Source: a virus
IMG/VR virus record: IMGVR_UViG_3300028388_001983
Span: 9,144-73,143 of that record
Reading direction: 5' to 3' (one strand)
Length of the DNA: 64,000 bases
In this document: piece after piece, positions 11,001 to 20,109 of the stretch
Position numbering within the stretch: the stretch's first letter is position 1
Layout: the number at the start of each line of letters is the position of its first letter
Made by a program: the position numbers and the translations under genes
Notes under the pieces: generated by a model
The model's database searches: none
Told to the model about the DNA's origin: nothing
What the model saw: only the letters and a program-made list of their open reading frames with translations

Positions 11001-11900
11001 CATTTCTCTAATCTCTTGATTGATCTTACCTATATTCTTATTGAACATATCATTAAGAGACATGTCTTTGTTAATATTTCTACCAAACCACTTAAAGAAT
11101 TTATCTACTATAGGATCATTAAGTTGGTTTATATCTGTAATGTTAATACTAAATCCTAAATTTACTAAGTATCTAAGTTTACTATCAAGACTTAAATCTT
11201 CAAAATCAGTTTTAGTTTTGGCTTCATTGATTTTAGACATATTGATGACATAATCACCATTACTATTAGTCCTAATCCATGAATCTTTTGCATTAGCTAT
11301 CATCTTAGCATTGTTTAACCACTTTTGCCTAATAATTCTAGCTAAGGTTTCTGACATTGCATTTATAGGAACAATAGCCCCATTCATCCTTTTTAGTAAT
11401 AACATTGGAGTATTCCTATTATTACTAAACTGAGTATAGAAAGCATTTCTTAAAAGGAAACCATTATCAGAAATATTATTACTATTATATTCTAATCTAT
11501 CTAACAAGTATTCCAATTCAGGGTTTTTAGTAGATAGTTGTTTAATCTTTTCCAACATATCTTCTAAAGTAGTTAGAGTAGCTAAATCATTATTCAACAG
11601 ATTCATTAACCTGTTATAATTAGAATTCATATAAGTAGCATAATCACTAATAGTCTTAACAATTTTCCCTTCATTATTTCGATGTACTACTGGTAAACTA
11701 GCTACCAACAGTTTAATATGTGAAGGTGCTAAATCTTTTATAGAATTTTTATTAGACTCAACTCTTGAATAACTATCACCTACAAACTCTTCCTCCTGTA
11801 AAGTAGTTTTGATATTAATATTATACTGTTTAAGAAGTACTTTATGATGAGCTACAAATTCATCCCAGTGTGCTAATATAGTTTTAGCAGTATCTGTATT
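5007..11900 (-). CDS. Virion-packaged two-barrel RNA polymerase (crAss/phi14:2 gp66-like); C-terminal part of a frameshifted giant gene
   Basis: NRIPAQGLNS...KTGSDFDVDKL catalytic DxDxD motif (8478-8504); DFHKR, DAQS, PIKP and FLTAFVDVAKDP segments; frame is open for 64 codons upstream of the called TTG (11708) with no ATG. Confidence 0.9.
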   Translation of the reverse strand, partial: NTDTAKTILAHWDEFVAHHKVLLKQYNINIKTTLQEEEFVGDSYSRVESNKNSIKDLAPSHIKLLVASLPVVHRNNEGKIVKTISDYATYMNSNYNRLMNLLNNDLATLTTLEDMLEKIKQLSTKNPELEYLLDRLEYNSNNISDNGFLLRNAFYTQFSNNRNTPMLLLKRMNGAIVPINAMSETLARIIRQKWLNNAKMIANAKDSWIRTNSNGDYVINMSKINEAKTKTDFEDLSLDSKLRYLVNLGFSINITDINQLNDPIVDKFFKWFGRNINKDMSLNDMFNKNIGKINQEIREMLEFAGSFESNDIDLTYFNQDGETEWSIALNGGASNTFNKLNKLASLIESGETLEDIDIEEFKNLLPRKFKGNATFSTNSKIVKAALEGKRTQFILLKGIKEDFGDGFEVTDMKEYDYTSFLVNHLLDGTMPFLRMGDRRLEYAIRLPNARGEYRGTVENETIKDSMLEYLKDELALTFKNLKEDLNTRYVGNNLSTLRVFNFIWSEKDQKTIFENFKNSNPDLSVEELSQQFTEQYHEEIDSTFDTYIQDNIDETIQYLESAGLVAREGTDTYYISDISPELLTEFSEKFDGVLNSGEMSNVAKRIFYNYFVGANEQLRLVYGDLAGYKDIIDFHKRTTGAGSTRKNTRNDDETIRQLNVQYPRMDNAQHTKTPGLYVLKDIVTENSELSTIYKKYNKIEGTDAQSHITLDEYRGFKVRQGEWTEDQEKAYQYEQQLLGIRLINNPNKNFEFTEGNFLELFGQHVRTSVPEQPMFNGEIIKPEELGQLPPIKPIGYGKSEEGDFVEYFKTSTTPILPSTLKDGSTGMNLLLNMMNDGVSYAGFVTTQKATFKGEPIDITNLDSIESSQKENTVNYDNFGEQLDIHDEFKNKVTQSTQMVRLLFGDIFGSELDQEFKPLKEERDKLTNAITRRVRNQIIDELGLTYNSKTEEYSILEENKSKFKDKLIDLFHGRQLPQNAIEGIDIVLDTESKLIDTLVNKNQIENVLFAFVRNSVISNKVPGEMLIQESSAIYDEDLKFYTNKDGKVTEMEVMIPLPNSLVRYVKQVGGLEEFNKMVQGGAIDAMDPRILTLSANRIPAQGLNSLEAIRVKKFLPQHVGAKIVLPADIVVKTGSDFDVDKLTTYYRSIKTINGKLQVENYYDKINKTTLDSIYFYKYGGILRAYNEYKKGEFKAIQEVEEFKELFPNLKEGDIENLTDAQLEERIKELPTKEEFVNNNLGKAPEEVNTLNSIYNRLLEINNEAVLHPVRFDSLIKPNNADTLQSLANELKVRSKSPLDDTITDSWSHGIKFWYNAKRAMEYFSGKAGIGMTATANVSHVSTQENPLKVVDKAVNIFFKGQQLEEDQNYKIGHINDIDGKKISDIYAEFLTAFVDVAKDPFILYLNANTSTFNAFNFLMRTGVEKGPTDIKTLARFFTQPVILDYLKQRSIDEHADQDNKVKDTVSRVAEKYGFPTVEMQYEFFDDYLNNRKKVTSEEVEALNKKFKDLKYKHLTKTDLQKTYKPTTKDVKMNMQILDNFLMYVQFGRILSEFQKVTRPDVALGKNRAQVRRLNQRRIKFGELDFFDRVDYNNFMSNSYLNEYSKTHTETFKLFKNFFITGHEEILTYLEGTILKPALGTKMSDKRADKFLHKFENQLTNWILGKELSPENYEYLLVGKNSVPTRILKAKTDNQLRNNLLIKELLPLIKAYDTGRDMDVPVDNVKLYQQRLTVEEQDNITEAWAELLESEEDYIRKLGKDLMSYMIAQGGVHNSPINFYHLIPNRYFQPIVNDIITTFLNKAKDNESLGDELHHAIDDIIRNNANDTNLVVRFGRKGTYLVNNKIPKSIDVSNKYAAYDEEYISKVVFLDNKRDAIQKFRQGINVPKEIVLYQKARVEEDFARFELVPKLGYGYRFFETTETVSDYSVLDINNSDTRTTQEQIVDDTVPIPEDVSDINAEISSLSRKDRMMSFAMEGLEANEDLNNSVEEFFKAIGVDLVRVKEILDAKGKPTNAVAAANFINKTIEVVDGKDLKISQLPEEAAHWYVAMLGEDNNLYKGMLRNITKYDTYKNVVKQYSEIYEGDETLLKQEAIGKVIANEMVGIHETTQSQNWWKALWNKIKGWFSKSTPFKKAAYDILNNNLTNLKESTEVVESPKMYSQESNFSVLNNWENFPGKVIGNTKVVNEYYRESIDRLESRAIRDFGSDAVSVKHNLQDMGGRKYHRLLISKPTNKNATQSREVTSQELTKENATIQNQEYLLENFDSIFPNYDFFSTQQKLDFIEQMSEGQLEIYCGL

Positions 11901-14900
11901 TCATTAAAAAATACATAGTTAATATCTTTAAGAAAATATGTACTTTCTTCAGCAGATAAATCAGCTACTTTAGACCGAATTTTATCAAGTTTAGTAGGAT
12001 ATAAAGCATCAAACTTATTATTCTTAATATAATTATATAATTCTATTCTACTATCTACCTTTCTACCGTAGAAGGTAGAGACAAAGTTTTTAATGGTTTC
12101 CCAAATTCTTTGGAATAAATTTTTCTTTTGAGATTCAGATTTAGTAAAAGAGTATTCAGGATTAATCATAAAATCCATAAAATCATCTGCTAATATCTCT
12201 TCTATTTGATCAGCAGTCAAATTATCGTTATCTAATCTCTTTCTAGTTTCTTTATATAAAGCCTCTTTAGTTTCAGGAGATAACATTAAATCACTAACCA
12301 CATGCCATGCTTCGTGATATAAAGTACCTCTATTACCTTGTGCACTTACTAATACTTTTAAACCATGAAAAAATTGTCCTGAATCTTTAGTATTATCTTT
12401 ATAAGGATTATCCAATAATCTATCTGCAATAACTTCTAAAGGAATATTAGGAAACTTTTCTTCAAACCATGCTAATTCCTCAAAAAAATCTTGTTCAGTA
12501 TAACGGAAAAAACTTCTATCAAATTCTCTAGACCTTGACTTTATTCTAGAGTTCCAAGTTTTACGAGCTTTTTCTACACTACCACTTATTTGAATTAATT
12601 TCTCCTGTTTATTTTTAGGGAGTTCATCAAAAGGTTTAAGGTCTGTAGTAGGTATATTTCCAGTAGGTTGATCATATTTTTGACTTACATCATTAACATC
12701 AGTTTGTCCAAATAATGTAGCTGATGTACTAGAAGGTTTATCTTCTTCTTTTACTGGTTTAGTTTTATCCTCTTCCTCTTCAATAGTTTTATCCAACTTC
12801 TTCTTCAGCTCTTCTTGACGTTCTTTAGATAATTTACCTTTAAAAGATGAAAAATCTGCTTTCTTTTTTGAACGTTTTTTAGAATCTTCTGGACTAGGTT
12901 TCTTTCCTTGTACTTTAGCTAAGTCTTCATCAGTAATTTTTTCACCTTGACTAACTTTACTAATCATATCTTCCATAGCTACTCCTCTAGCTCCACCTTC
13001 AATAGCTTCACTAGGAAGGACAGTAGATTGATCAGTTATTTTAGTACCAGCTTTTCTAAATTGTATAGAAGGATTTAAATATTGAGTATTTTCTGGTTGA
13101 GCCATAGTAACAGGAGTGTTACCTACAGGTCTAACAGGAACTTCAAATTTATCACCATCAAATAAATATTTATAATAACCACCATTATCTTTAGAATGGA
13201 TTATCTTAAGTGGTTTATTATCCTTAAATTTAAACCATGTATAAGAAGTCTTTTTATTTAATGACTGCTTACTAACATTATGATTCTTCTTAGCTAAGAA
13301 GTTTTTAAGTTTTTCTACCTTATCAGGATTCTCTTTAAACTCTTTAGAGTTAATACTTTCTCCAGCAAATACAAACTCTTTAATATGTTGTTTATTTACT
13401 ACTCCAGCATTAGTAAAACCATGATTAAAAAATGCACTATATTGATAGTTAGTTGCTTCAGGATTATCAGCGTAGTTCATATAAATAGTATCTTCCAAAT
13501 AATCACGAACTGCTTTATAATCAGGGTCTTTAAAGTTCTTACTATCAAGTACCCATCCTAGTAAATTAGTTAAATCATCTACCATTTTTAAATCTCCAAA
13601 ATTCTTAGGTCTCATGACCTCTGGTCTATTTTGAAGACTTATATAAACCAAACCATTTAATACATTATATTTTCTACCAAATACATCTATTGTAGTAGGA
13701 TCACCCGCTTGAGAATCAGGTACCTCAGCTATCCTAATTAAATCATGTATTAATGCATATCTAGGACCACCAACTAAAGTTTTAGTTAAAGGTGTCCATT
13801 CTTTATTTTCTCTTACTTTAACACCAGGATTTTTCCTAGCTATTTCAAGAGTACGACTTTCTTTTTTAAGTGTCTCTCTATACTTTATAAGTTCTTCTTT
13901 GGCTTTATTAAATCTTTCTTGAGTTACTCTCTCAACTTCTTCTGCAGTAGGAGTATACTTATCTGTTTCTAACTCTTTACCAACTTCATTACGAAGTTTA
14001 TTTAGAGTAAAAACTTCTTCATTTAATCTATCTTCAGCTATTAAACTTGTGTAAGTAATGTAAGTACCATCCTTACCTACATTTCTACCTTCAGCATCAG
14101 TAAGACTAGCTTTACCAGTTTTTCTTTCAACTACTACAATTTTAATATCATCAGCTACAATCTTCTTTTCATCTTCTGTTAGTTTATCAAATTGGTCTAC
14201 TGTAACTAATCCTTTAGTTTTTCCAGAATAAAACTTAAGTTGTTGCTTAATAGGATTAGTATCATCCAACTTCATAACTTGATCAAATGTAAATGTCTTA
14301 AAGACATTTTGAGATTTCTTTTTAGATGTACTAAAATCTCTGGTAGTAAGTACATAACCATACCACCTCATATTATCAGGATTATCAGATACTCTTTGAT
14401 CACCTCTACTAACTAACATAGATTCTACACCATCAAAGATATGTTTAGCTCCTTCTTCATCCTCATCTTTATCGTACTTACGTTTCTCAGTAAAGTACTT
14501 ATCTCTAGGACTTTCTTCAGGCTTATCTACAAGTTCTGGAGTAGAAGTCTTACGTTTTTGTACTTGAGTAGTTCCAGTATGTAAATCTATGTAATCTTTA
14601 TACATACTGAAATAAGTTTTGATGGCCTCTCTTTGAAAGGCTTTAGTTTTATTGATAGAATCTTTAACTAATTTAATATCACTAGTCAGAGTTTTTAATC
14701 TTTCTTGTAACTCATCTAATTCTTCCTCAGTTAATTCAATCTTCTGTTTAACTGATTCAATATTTTTAAGTACATTTTCAAGAATCTCATCATTAGTAGA
14801 TTCTTCTTTTAAAGTCTGGTACGCACTATCTACTAACTGCTCTCTTAGTATTTCAGCATTTTCAGTAGAAAGAGTACCATCCTCTATATTATTATTAATG

Positions 14901-17900
14901 TCTTGTAAGCTATCACTTAACCCAGCGAGATTAATAAGTCTAGTACCGAAACCTTTAAGTGTAGACCTTAATCGTTTTGTATATTGTTGATTTTGTTCTA
15001 TTAAATTTTGTACATTAGTAATAGTTTTACTAAGCTCTTCTTCAGATTTTTGAAGATTTTTAACAAAATTATCTAATTCAGTTTTACTTAGTTGTCCTAC
15101 CTCTTCAAGAGTTTCCCTATGATTCTCAAGATTTTCAAGACTTTGTTGGTATCTATCTTTCATACCCTCTTGAATCTCGATATCTCTCTCAATTTTTTCT
15201 ATATATTCATCTATTTCTAGTGCATTTAGATAAATTCTAGCACTATCTTTAGTATTAGGTACTCTAATTTTCCTAAGTTCTTTTTTAGAAGTAGTTCTTC
15301 CTTTAGATAATAATTCACCAGATTTACGTCTTAACATATTAAGTTTATTGACGTAAGAATCTATTCTAGAATTAACTAAATTAATTCTTCTTTCATATAT
15401 AGATTTTAGATTGTTTACAGCTTGTAATGCAGACTCATAATTTCTACTTTCAGAAACTTCTTTAGCTGTCTTAGTAACTTTTACATTAGGAGATTCATAA
15501 GTCTTACCTTTATAAAAGACAGTATTATCAGCATTAAGATAATGTTTAGAAGTATGACCTTTTTCTGTTATAACTAAATTACCTTGTTTATTAACAGAAT
15601 CTACAGTAAAAATAGCAGAAGTTTTACCCTCTTCAATCTCTTCACCAAAATCTACTTCAAATTCCCCCTTATGTGTAATAGTATGTTCCCTATTATCTAA
15701 ACCAGTTATATTTTCAGTCATAACTGTATTATCATAAACTTCTTTTAATTTACCAGTTAACTGTTTAGCTACAGGGTCTTTAGTAGTTTTATCTACTTGC
15801 TCTTTAATAGATTGATCTTTCTTTTTTTCAGACTCTAGAAAGTTATTGTAATTCTCTTGATAATTTTTTGGAGACATAGCCTTTTGCCATACCTCATTAG
15901 ACATATCTAGTAACTCTTGATATTGTTTTATTAATTCATTGTTGTCTTCAATCTGCTCTTTTTCAGCAGCCTTCTTTTCATCTAAAGTAGAGTTTATTTT
16001 CTCTAATTCATCAATAGCCCTACTAGCATGTTCTTGATCAAAATAAGAAGATAATCCTAATCCTATAGTCTGATTATAAAACTTATCAAAGGTTTCTCTA
16101 TCAGCTTTATCATGTTTAACTCCTCTAAATCTACCTTTATGGAAACCATTCATAGTAGATTGAACAATCTTATTATAACGATCAGCTTTATCAAGTAAGT
16201 CTTTTTGTAAAGCTTCTATATTATCAAATTCTGAAAATTCTAGTACTTCTTCTTGAGCCTGTTGATCTAAGTTAGCAAGGTCTTTAATATGATTTTTAGC
16301 AATATCAACACCATTAGGTTGAGTTAAGAATGGATATAAGTAATTAAAGTCTAACTGCTCTTTAAAATACTTAGCTAAAGTTTCATCTCCTATATTTTCT
16401 AAATAAGAAATTTGATCCATCTTAAGATGATCCTTAACTTCACCTTGTAAATATTCAGCAACTTTTTTATTATCTAAAACTACATTATCATTTTCATCAA
16501 GAACAGGTCTTATAACACCCTCTTCATCTTCAAATGTTTTTATTAAATTTTTAGCATCTCTAAACCTAGTAGTAAAATTCCTATTAATTAAATTAGAGAA
16601 ATTTTCTTTTGCTACATTCTCTGCTTTAGTTTCTCTAGCAACGCCTATACCACCACCTACTAAACCCAATAATGATCCTAAAAAGATAGACTTTTGCATA
16701 TCAACATTAGATAATCCATCTATATAAGAATCTATAATATGATTAATTTCTCCAAAAACACCTTTATCTTCATCAGATAATTCACTTTCTCCTGATCTTT
16801 GTTTATAGTATTCATTAATAGCATATTGAGAACCTTCTTCAAAGAATCCTTCAGAAAATGCAGTAACTCCTAACCTTTTACTAATTTTACCAGCCTGTTG
16901 CCATTTACTAAGTTTTCCTACGTTAATGACACCATCATCAGCCATTTTACCTACATTAGACCCACGTAAACCTTTACTTAGTCTACGTCCAGCTATTCTA
17001 TCTAATACAGTACCACTTCTAAACAAGTTGGCTTGCATTAGCATATTTGGACCTAACAATACTAAGAAGTTTTTCTTCATTACTTCTGCAGCATTTTCAG
17101 CTTGTCTAGTTCTAATTTCTTCTGGAGTATATAAAGGATTACCTTGTTCATCAGTCATGCCTCCTAAGTATTCGCCGATCTCATCAAAAGTTTGACCAGC
17201 TTCAGCAGCAGACTCAAACAAAGTGTTTACCAGTGACCCACTAAAAAAATCAATTTGATTAGCTAATTTACTACCAGTACGAGCAGCTAGATTAGTTGCA
17301 GGTTTTATTGATTTGGCTGCAGAATTAATCCAAGGATTTGCTATATTAGCTATACGAGCTCCAAACTTAACAGCTTTCAATGCTGCACCAGGTACTAACA
17401 TAGATAAAAAGAAACCTATACCATCAGCACCTTCAGTAGCCCAAAAGGAAGGGCTAAAAATTTGAGTACCTAAATTACCAGTACCCTCTCTAACATTTTT
17501 ATAAACTGGTAAGACATCTTCATTTACATACTTCTCAGCATTTTCTAAAGCTGTAATCCAAGCATTATTAAGAAGTCTATCCATAACTTCTGGATTATCT
17601 TTTATACCATCAGTTAATGCAGTGGCTCCAGCCCATGCAGCTCCACCTAGATAACCAGGAATTTTAGAAGTTTCAAATCCTACCTTACCAATAATTCTTG
17701 GTATAGTAACTCCAGCTTGTTCCCAACCTGATTGAAAATATCCTTGTCCATATTGTAAACCACCAAAGGGTTCTAAATTTTCAATAGAAGTACCCTCTGG
17801 AGTCTTTTTTAAATAGTCTGCAGAAATCCCATGATGAGTTACAGGAGCCCTCTGTAAATAAGTTTCCAGAGTGGGATCACTCATATAATTAGAATCAGTA

Positions 17901-18007
17901 AATGCCTTATTAAGTCTTTCTTGAAAATCTTCTTCGCTTTCTATAGGGATTGGCTTAATAGGGGTTGGCTGTAATTCATCTTGAAATTTAATCTCTTTTT
18001 TTGCCAT
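11873..18007 (-). CDS. Giant virion protein, N-terminal part: hydrophobic Gly-rich helices, coiled coil, zincin-like metallopeptidase
   Basis: TLYHEAWH (12302-12316) followed by EEILADDF; hydrophobic segments GIGFFLSMLVPG and IFLGSLLGLVGGGIG; likely start MAKKE at 18007. Confidence 0.75.
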   Translation of the reverse strand: MAKKEIKFQDELQPTPIKPIPIESEEDFQERLNKAFTDSNYMSDPTLETYLQRAPVTHHGISADYLKKTPEGTSIENLEPFGGLQYGQGYFQSGWEQAGVTIPRIIGKVGFETSKIPGYLGGAAWAGATALTDGIKDNPEVMDRLLNNAWITALENAEKYVNEDVLPVYKNVREGTGNLGTQIFSPSFWATEGADGIGFFLSMLVPGAALKAVKFGARIANIANPWINSAAKSIKPATNLAARTGSKLANQIDFFSGSLVNTLFESAAEAGQTFDEIGEYLGGMTDEQGNPLYTPEEIRTRQAENAAEVMKKNFLVLLGPNMLMQANLFRSGTVLDRIAGRRLSKGLRGSNVGKMADDGVINVGKLSKWQQAGKISKRLGVTAFSEGFFEEGSQYAINEYYKQRSGESELSDEDKGVFGEINHIIDSYIDGLSNVDMQKSIFLGSLLGLVGGGIGVARETKAENVAKENFSNLINRNFTTRFRDAKNLIKTFEDEEGVIRPVLDENDNVVLDNKKVAEYLQGEVKDHLKMDQISYLENIGDETLAKYFKEQLDFNYLYPFLTQPNGVDIAKNHIKDLANLDQQAQEEVLEFSEFDNIEALQKDLLDKADRYNKIVQSTMNGFHKGRFRGVKHDKADRETFDKFYNQTIGLGLSSYFDQEHASRAIDELEKINSTLDEKKAAEKEQIEDNNELIKQYQELLDMSNEVWQKAMSPKNYQENYNNFLESEKKKDQSIKEQVDKTTKDPVAKQLTGKLKEVYDNTVMTENITGLDNREHTITHKGEFEVDFGEEIEEGKTSAIFTVDSVNKQGNLVITEKGHTSKHYLNADNTVFYKGKTYESPNVKVTKTAKEVSESRNYESALQAVNNLKSIYERRINLVNSRIDSYVNKLNMLRRKSGELLSKGRTTSKKELRKIRVPNTKDSARIYLNALEIDEYIEKIERDIEIQEGMKDRYQQSLENLENHRETLEEVGQLSKTELDNFVKNLQKSEEELSKTITNVQNLIEQNQQYTKRLRSTLKGFGTRLINLAGLSDSLQDINNNIEDGTLSTENAEILREQLVDSAYQTLKEESTNDEILENVLKNIESVKQKIELTEEELDELQERLKTLTSDIKLVKDSINKTKAFQREAIKTYFSMYKDYIDLHTGTTQVQKRKTSTPELVDKPEESPRDKYFTEKRKYDKDEDEEGAKHIFDGVESMLVSRGDQRVSDNPDNMRWYGYVLTTRDFSTSKKKSQNVFKTFTFDQVMKLDDTNPIKQQLKFYSGKTKGLVTVDQFDKLTEDEKKIVADDIKIVVVERKTGKASLTDAEGRNVGKDGTYITYTSLIAEDRLNEEVFTLNKLRNEVGKELETDKYTPTAEEVERVTQERFNKAKEELIKYRETLKKESRTLEIARKNPGVKVRENKEWTPLTKTLVGGPRYALIHDLIRIAEVPDSQAGDPTTIDVFGRKYNVLNGLVYISLQNRPEVMRPKNFGDLKMVDDLTNLLGWVLDSKNFKDPDYKAVRDYLEDTIYMNYADNPEATNYQYSAFFNHGFTNAGVVNKQHIKEFVFAGESINSKEFKENPDKVEKLKNFLAKKNHNVSKQSLNKKTSYTWFKFKDNKPLKIIHSKDNGGYYKYLFDGDKFEVPVRPVGNTPVTMAQPENTQYLNPSIQFRKAGTKITDQSTVLPSEAIEGGARGVAMEDMISKVSQGEKITDEDLAKVQGKKPSPEDSKKRSKKKADFSSFKGKLSKERQEELKKKLDKTIEEEEDKTKPVKEEDKPSSTSATLFGQTDVNDVSQKYDQPTGNIPTTDLKPFDELPKNKQEKLIQISGSVEKARKTWNSRIKSRSREFDRSFFRYTEQDFFEELAWFEEKFPNIPLEVIADRLLDNPYKDNTKDSGQFFHGLKVLVSAQGNRGTLYHEAWHVVSDLMLSPETKEALYKETRKRLDNDNLTADQIEEILADDFMDFMINPEYSFTKSESQKKNLFQRIWETIKNFVSTFYGRKVDSRIELYNYIKNNKFDALYPTKLDKIRSKVADLSAEESTYFLKDINYVFFNEIQILLKLY

Positions 18008-18018
18008 AGTAATCAAAA

Positions 18019-20103
18019 TTATTGAAGACTGTTAAAATAGGATTGTCTTTGTTTGGTAGTAGATATATCTCCTTTAACACCTTGTCCAACTTGTCTAGTT
18101 GGAGATTCTATAGGTAATCCTAAAACTTGAAACATAATCTTTCTATATATATCTACTGTTTGCATTAAATTATTAAAATAAATAGGTTTACCATCAATAG
18201 GATTTATAAACCCATATTTCTTATTCTTACCTCCTCCAAAACTTTGAATCTTAGGAGCATTTCTTAAGACACTTCTACCTTGTTCACTTTTGATTAGACT
18301 ATCAGGATTAATACCTTCAGATTCTAAAAATTTATCTAGTGTAATACCATCTGCAGTACCTTCTAACTCATCATGCCATTTATTACTATAGTATGAATGT
18401 AATAAGGCTGGACTCTGCATTTCTATTGCCATATTAGTAAAAATGTTTTTTTGTCTTTGTTCATCACCAGCTACAAATTCTACAGTTTCTTCTTCACCAT
18501 CTTTTTCAGTAGGTCCAGTTACAGTAAATATTACTGGTACATTTTCACCACCCGCCTTTAATGAAACTTTATAATCTCCTTGATTAAATATTTGATTTAA
18601 TTTCTCAGCTTGCTTTCTACCCTCTTTAGTATCTCCTCTATGAGACCCAGCTCTAATACCTTTATCAGGATCATAATATACTAATGTCTCTGCTTGTCTG
18701 CCACTAAAAGTATTTTCAGTCATCTGCTCAAACTTACGTTGATCATCAGGATCAGCACCTATTAATACTTGTTGACTAATAGCAGGTACAGAATTAGATA
18801 ATGGTTTAACTACATCGTCTTTATAAGATTTTCTAATAATATCTTTATAGTTATACCATTTTTCTGTTAATGGTTCTACTGCTTTATCGTTATGAAGTAA
18901 TCTACCTTTAAAAATACCTCTTGGTGTAACACCATAATCTTCTAGAACTTTGAATATTCTACGTTTTTCATTAGCCACTCTTCTATTTAAAGCAGAAGTC
19001 ATTGCCCAATCATGCATTTCAATATCTAAATCATTTAATAGATTGGTTTGCTCTTCTTCACTTAAATTTGCAGCCTGTGGGAAAAATCTCATGATCTGAT
19101 CAAGATCATCTTGTCCGTATAAATTTTCTTGTACTCTATCTAAAACCTTTTGTTGTTCTGGAGTAACTTCTGGTAATACTCTATTAGCTTCTTGACGATA
19201 AGTTATTCCTTGAGCAGTATCATCTGCTTTTAACATATTACCTATAACATCTCCTGATTGTTCAGAAGGTGTATAATTATCTGTATCTATAGCAGTAAAT
19301 TTATCAGGAACTTTACCAATCCAAGAATCACTTCCAGAACCAGCCATAGGATTTTTAACCCGAGTATAATCATACTGATCATATAAATTACCTTCTACCC
19401 AATCTCCTAATTCATTGGCTACCATACTAGCAGCTTGAGGATTGTTTTCAAACCCTAAATCTTTTAAAAGTCCTGGTAAATAATTTTGGGTAGCATCTGC
19501 TATTAATTCTTGACGTTCTTTAGGAGTTAATCCTTTACGATAACCATATTTAAGCATACCATACTTATCTTGAGTTACTTCTAGATCAGTTCTTTTTTCA
19601 GCTAATTTACCATATTGTTCTTTTAATCTTTGATCTAAATGTAGTCTATTAAGATACTCAAAATTAATATCATCCATAGACATTTGATTAAGATTACCTT
19701 GAGGTAAATCATTTACAAATAATATGTTAGGCCCAAATTTATCAAGCAACTCTTGTCTACGTTGAGACTGTTCCATATACTTACGATTCTTTTGATACCA
19801 AGGATTTTGTCGTTCTTTCATTATAGCAGTAGCTAAGTCTGGAGCAGCCAATGCTAAATCATTATTATAAATATCTTTAATTTTATTAACTTGTTCATCA
19901 AATTCAGACAATCTTTGGTCTCTACCCTCAATATCTTGAGTAGGAATATCTCCTACTTGTGCTCCAAACTGATTTAAGGCAGCTTTGGCACTTGCAGCCT
20001 TCTGATATTCCTGTTGCATTAAATCAGAAAATCTCTGAGTATTTGCAGGATTATACGCAGAGACATACGGAGTTGCTAGTTGTAAGTTATATCTTGTTGC
20101 CAT
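18019..20103 (-). CDS. Putative virion cargo protein 2
   Basis: Long ORF between cargo 1 and the giant RNAP gene; N-terminal TPYVSAYNP + helical region typical of this position in crAss-like phages. Confidence 0.55.
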   Translation of the reverse strand: MATRYNLQLATPYVSAYNPANTQRFSDLMQQEYQKAASAKAALNQFGAQVGDIPTQDIEGRDQRLSEFDEQVNKIKDIYNNDLALAAPDLATAIMKERQNPWYQKNRKYMEQSQRRQELLDKFGPNILFVNDLPQGNLNQMSMDDINFEYLNRLHLDQRLKEQYGKLAEKRTDLEVTQDKYGMLKYGYRKGLTPKERQELIADATQNYLPGLLKDLGFENNPQAASMVANELGDWVEGNLYDQYDYTRVKNPMAGSGSDSWIGKVPDKFTAIDTDNYTPSEQSGDVIGNMLKADDTAQGITYRQEANRVLPEVTPEQQKVLDRVQENLYGQDDLDQIMRFFPQAANLSEEEQTNLLNDLDIEMHDWAMTSALNRRVANEKRRIFKVLEDYGVTPRGIFKGRLLHNDKAVEPLTEKWYNYKDIIRKSYKDDVVKPLSNSVPAISQQVLIGADPDDQRKFEQMTENTFSGRQAETLVYYDPDKGIRAGSHRGDTKEGRKQAEKLNQIFNQGDYKVSLKAGGENVPVIFTVTGPTEKDGEEETVEFVAGDEQRQKNIFTNMAIEMQSPALLHSYYSNKWHDELEGTADGITLDKFLESEGINPDSLIKSEQGRSVLRNAPKIQSFGGGKNKKYGFINPIDGKPIYFNNLMQTVDIYRKIMFQVLGLPIESPTRQVGQGVKGDISTTKQRQSYFNSLQ

Positions 20104-20109
20104 AATTAA

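Noticed and set aside
11850-11875. TAG readthrough or stop-codon reassignment (known in some crAss-like phages) joining the two giant ORFs
   Set aside because: The same frame hits another TAG six codons later and the RNAP is in a different frame; all other genes are intact in the standard code and no suppressor tRNA was seen
11901-11911. TTT TTT run as the -1 slippery site
   Set aside because: A -1 slip here lands immediately on TAA TGA, upstream of where the RNAP frame opens
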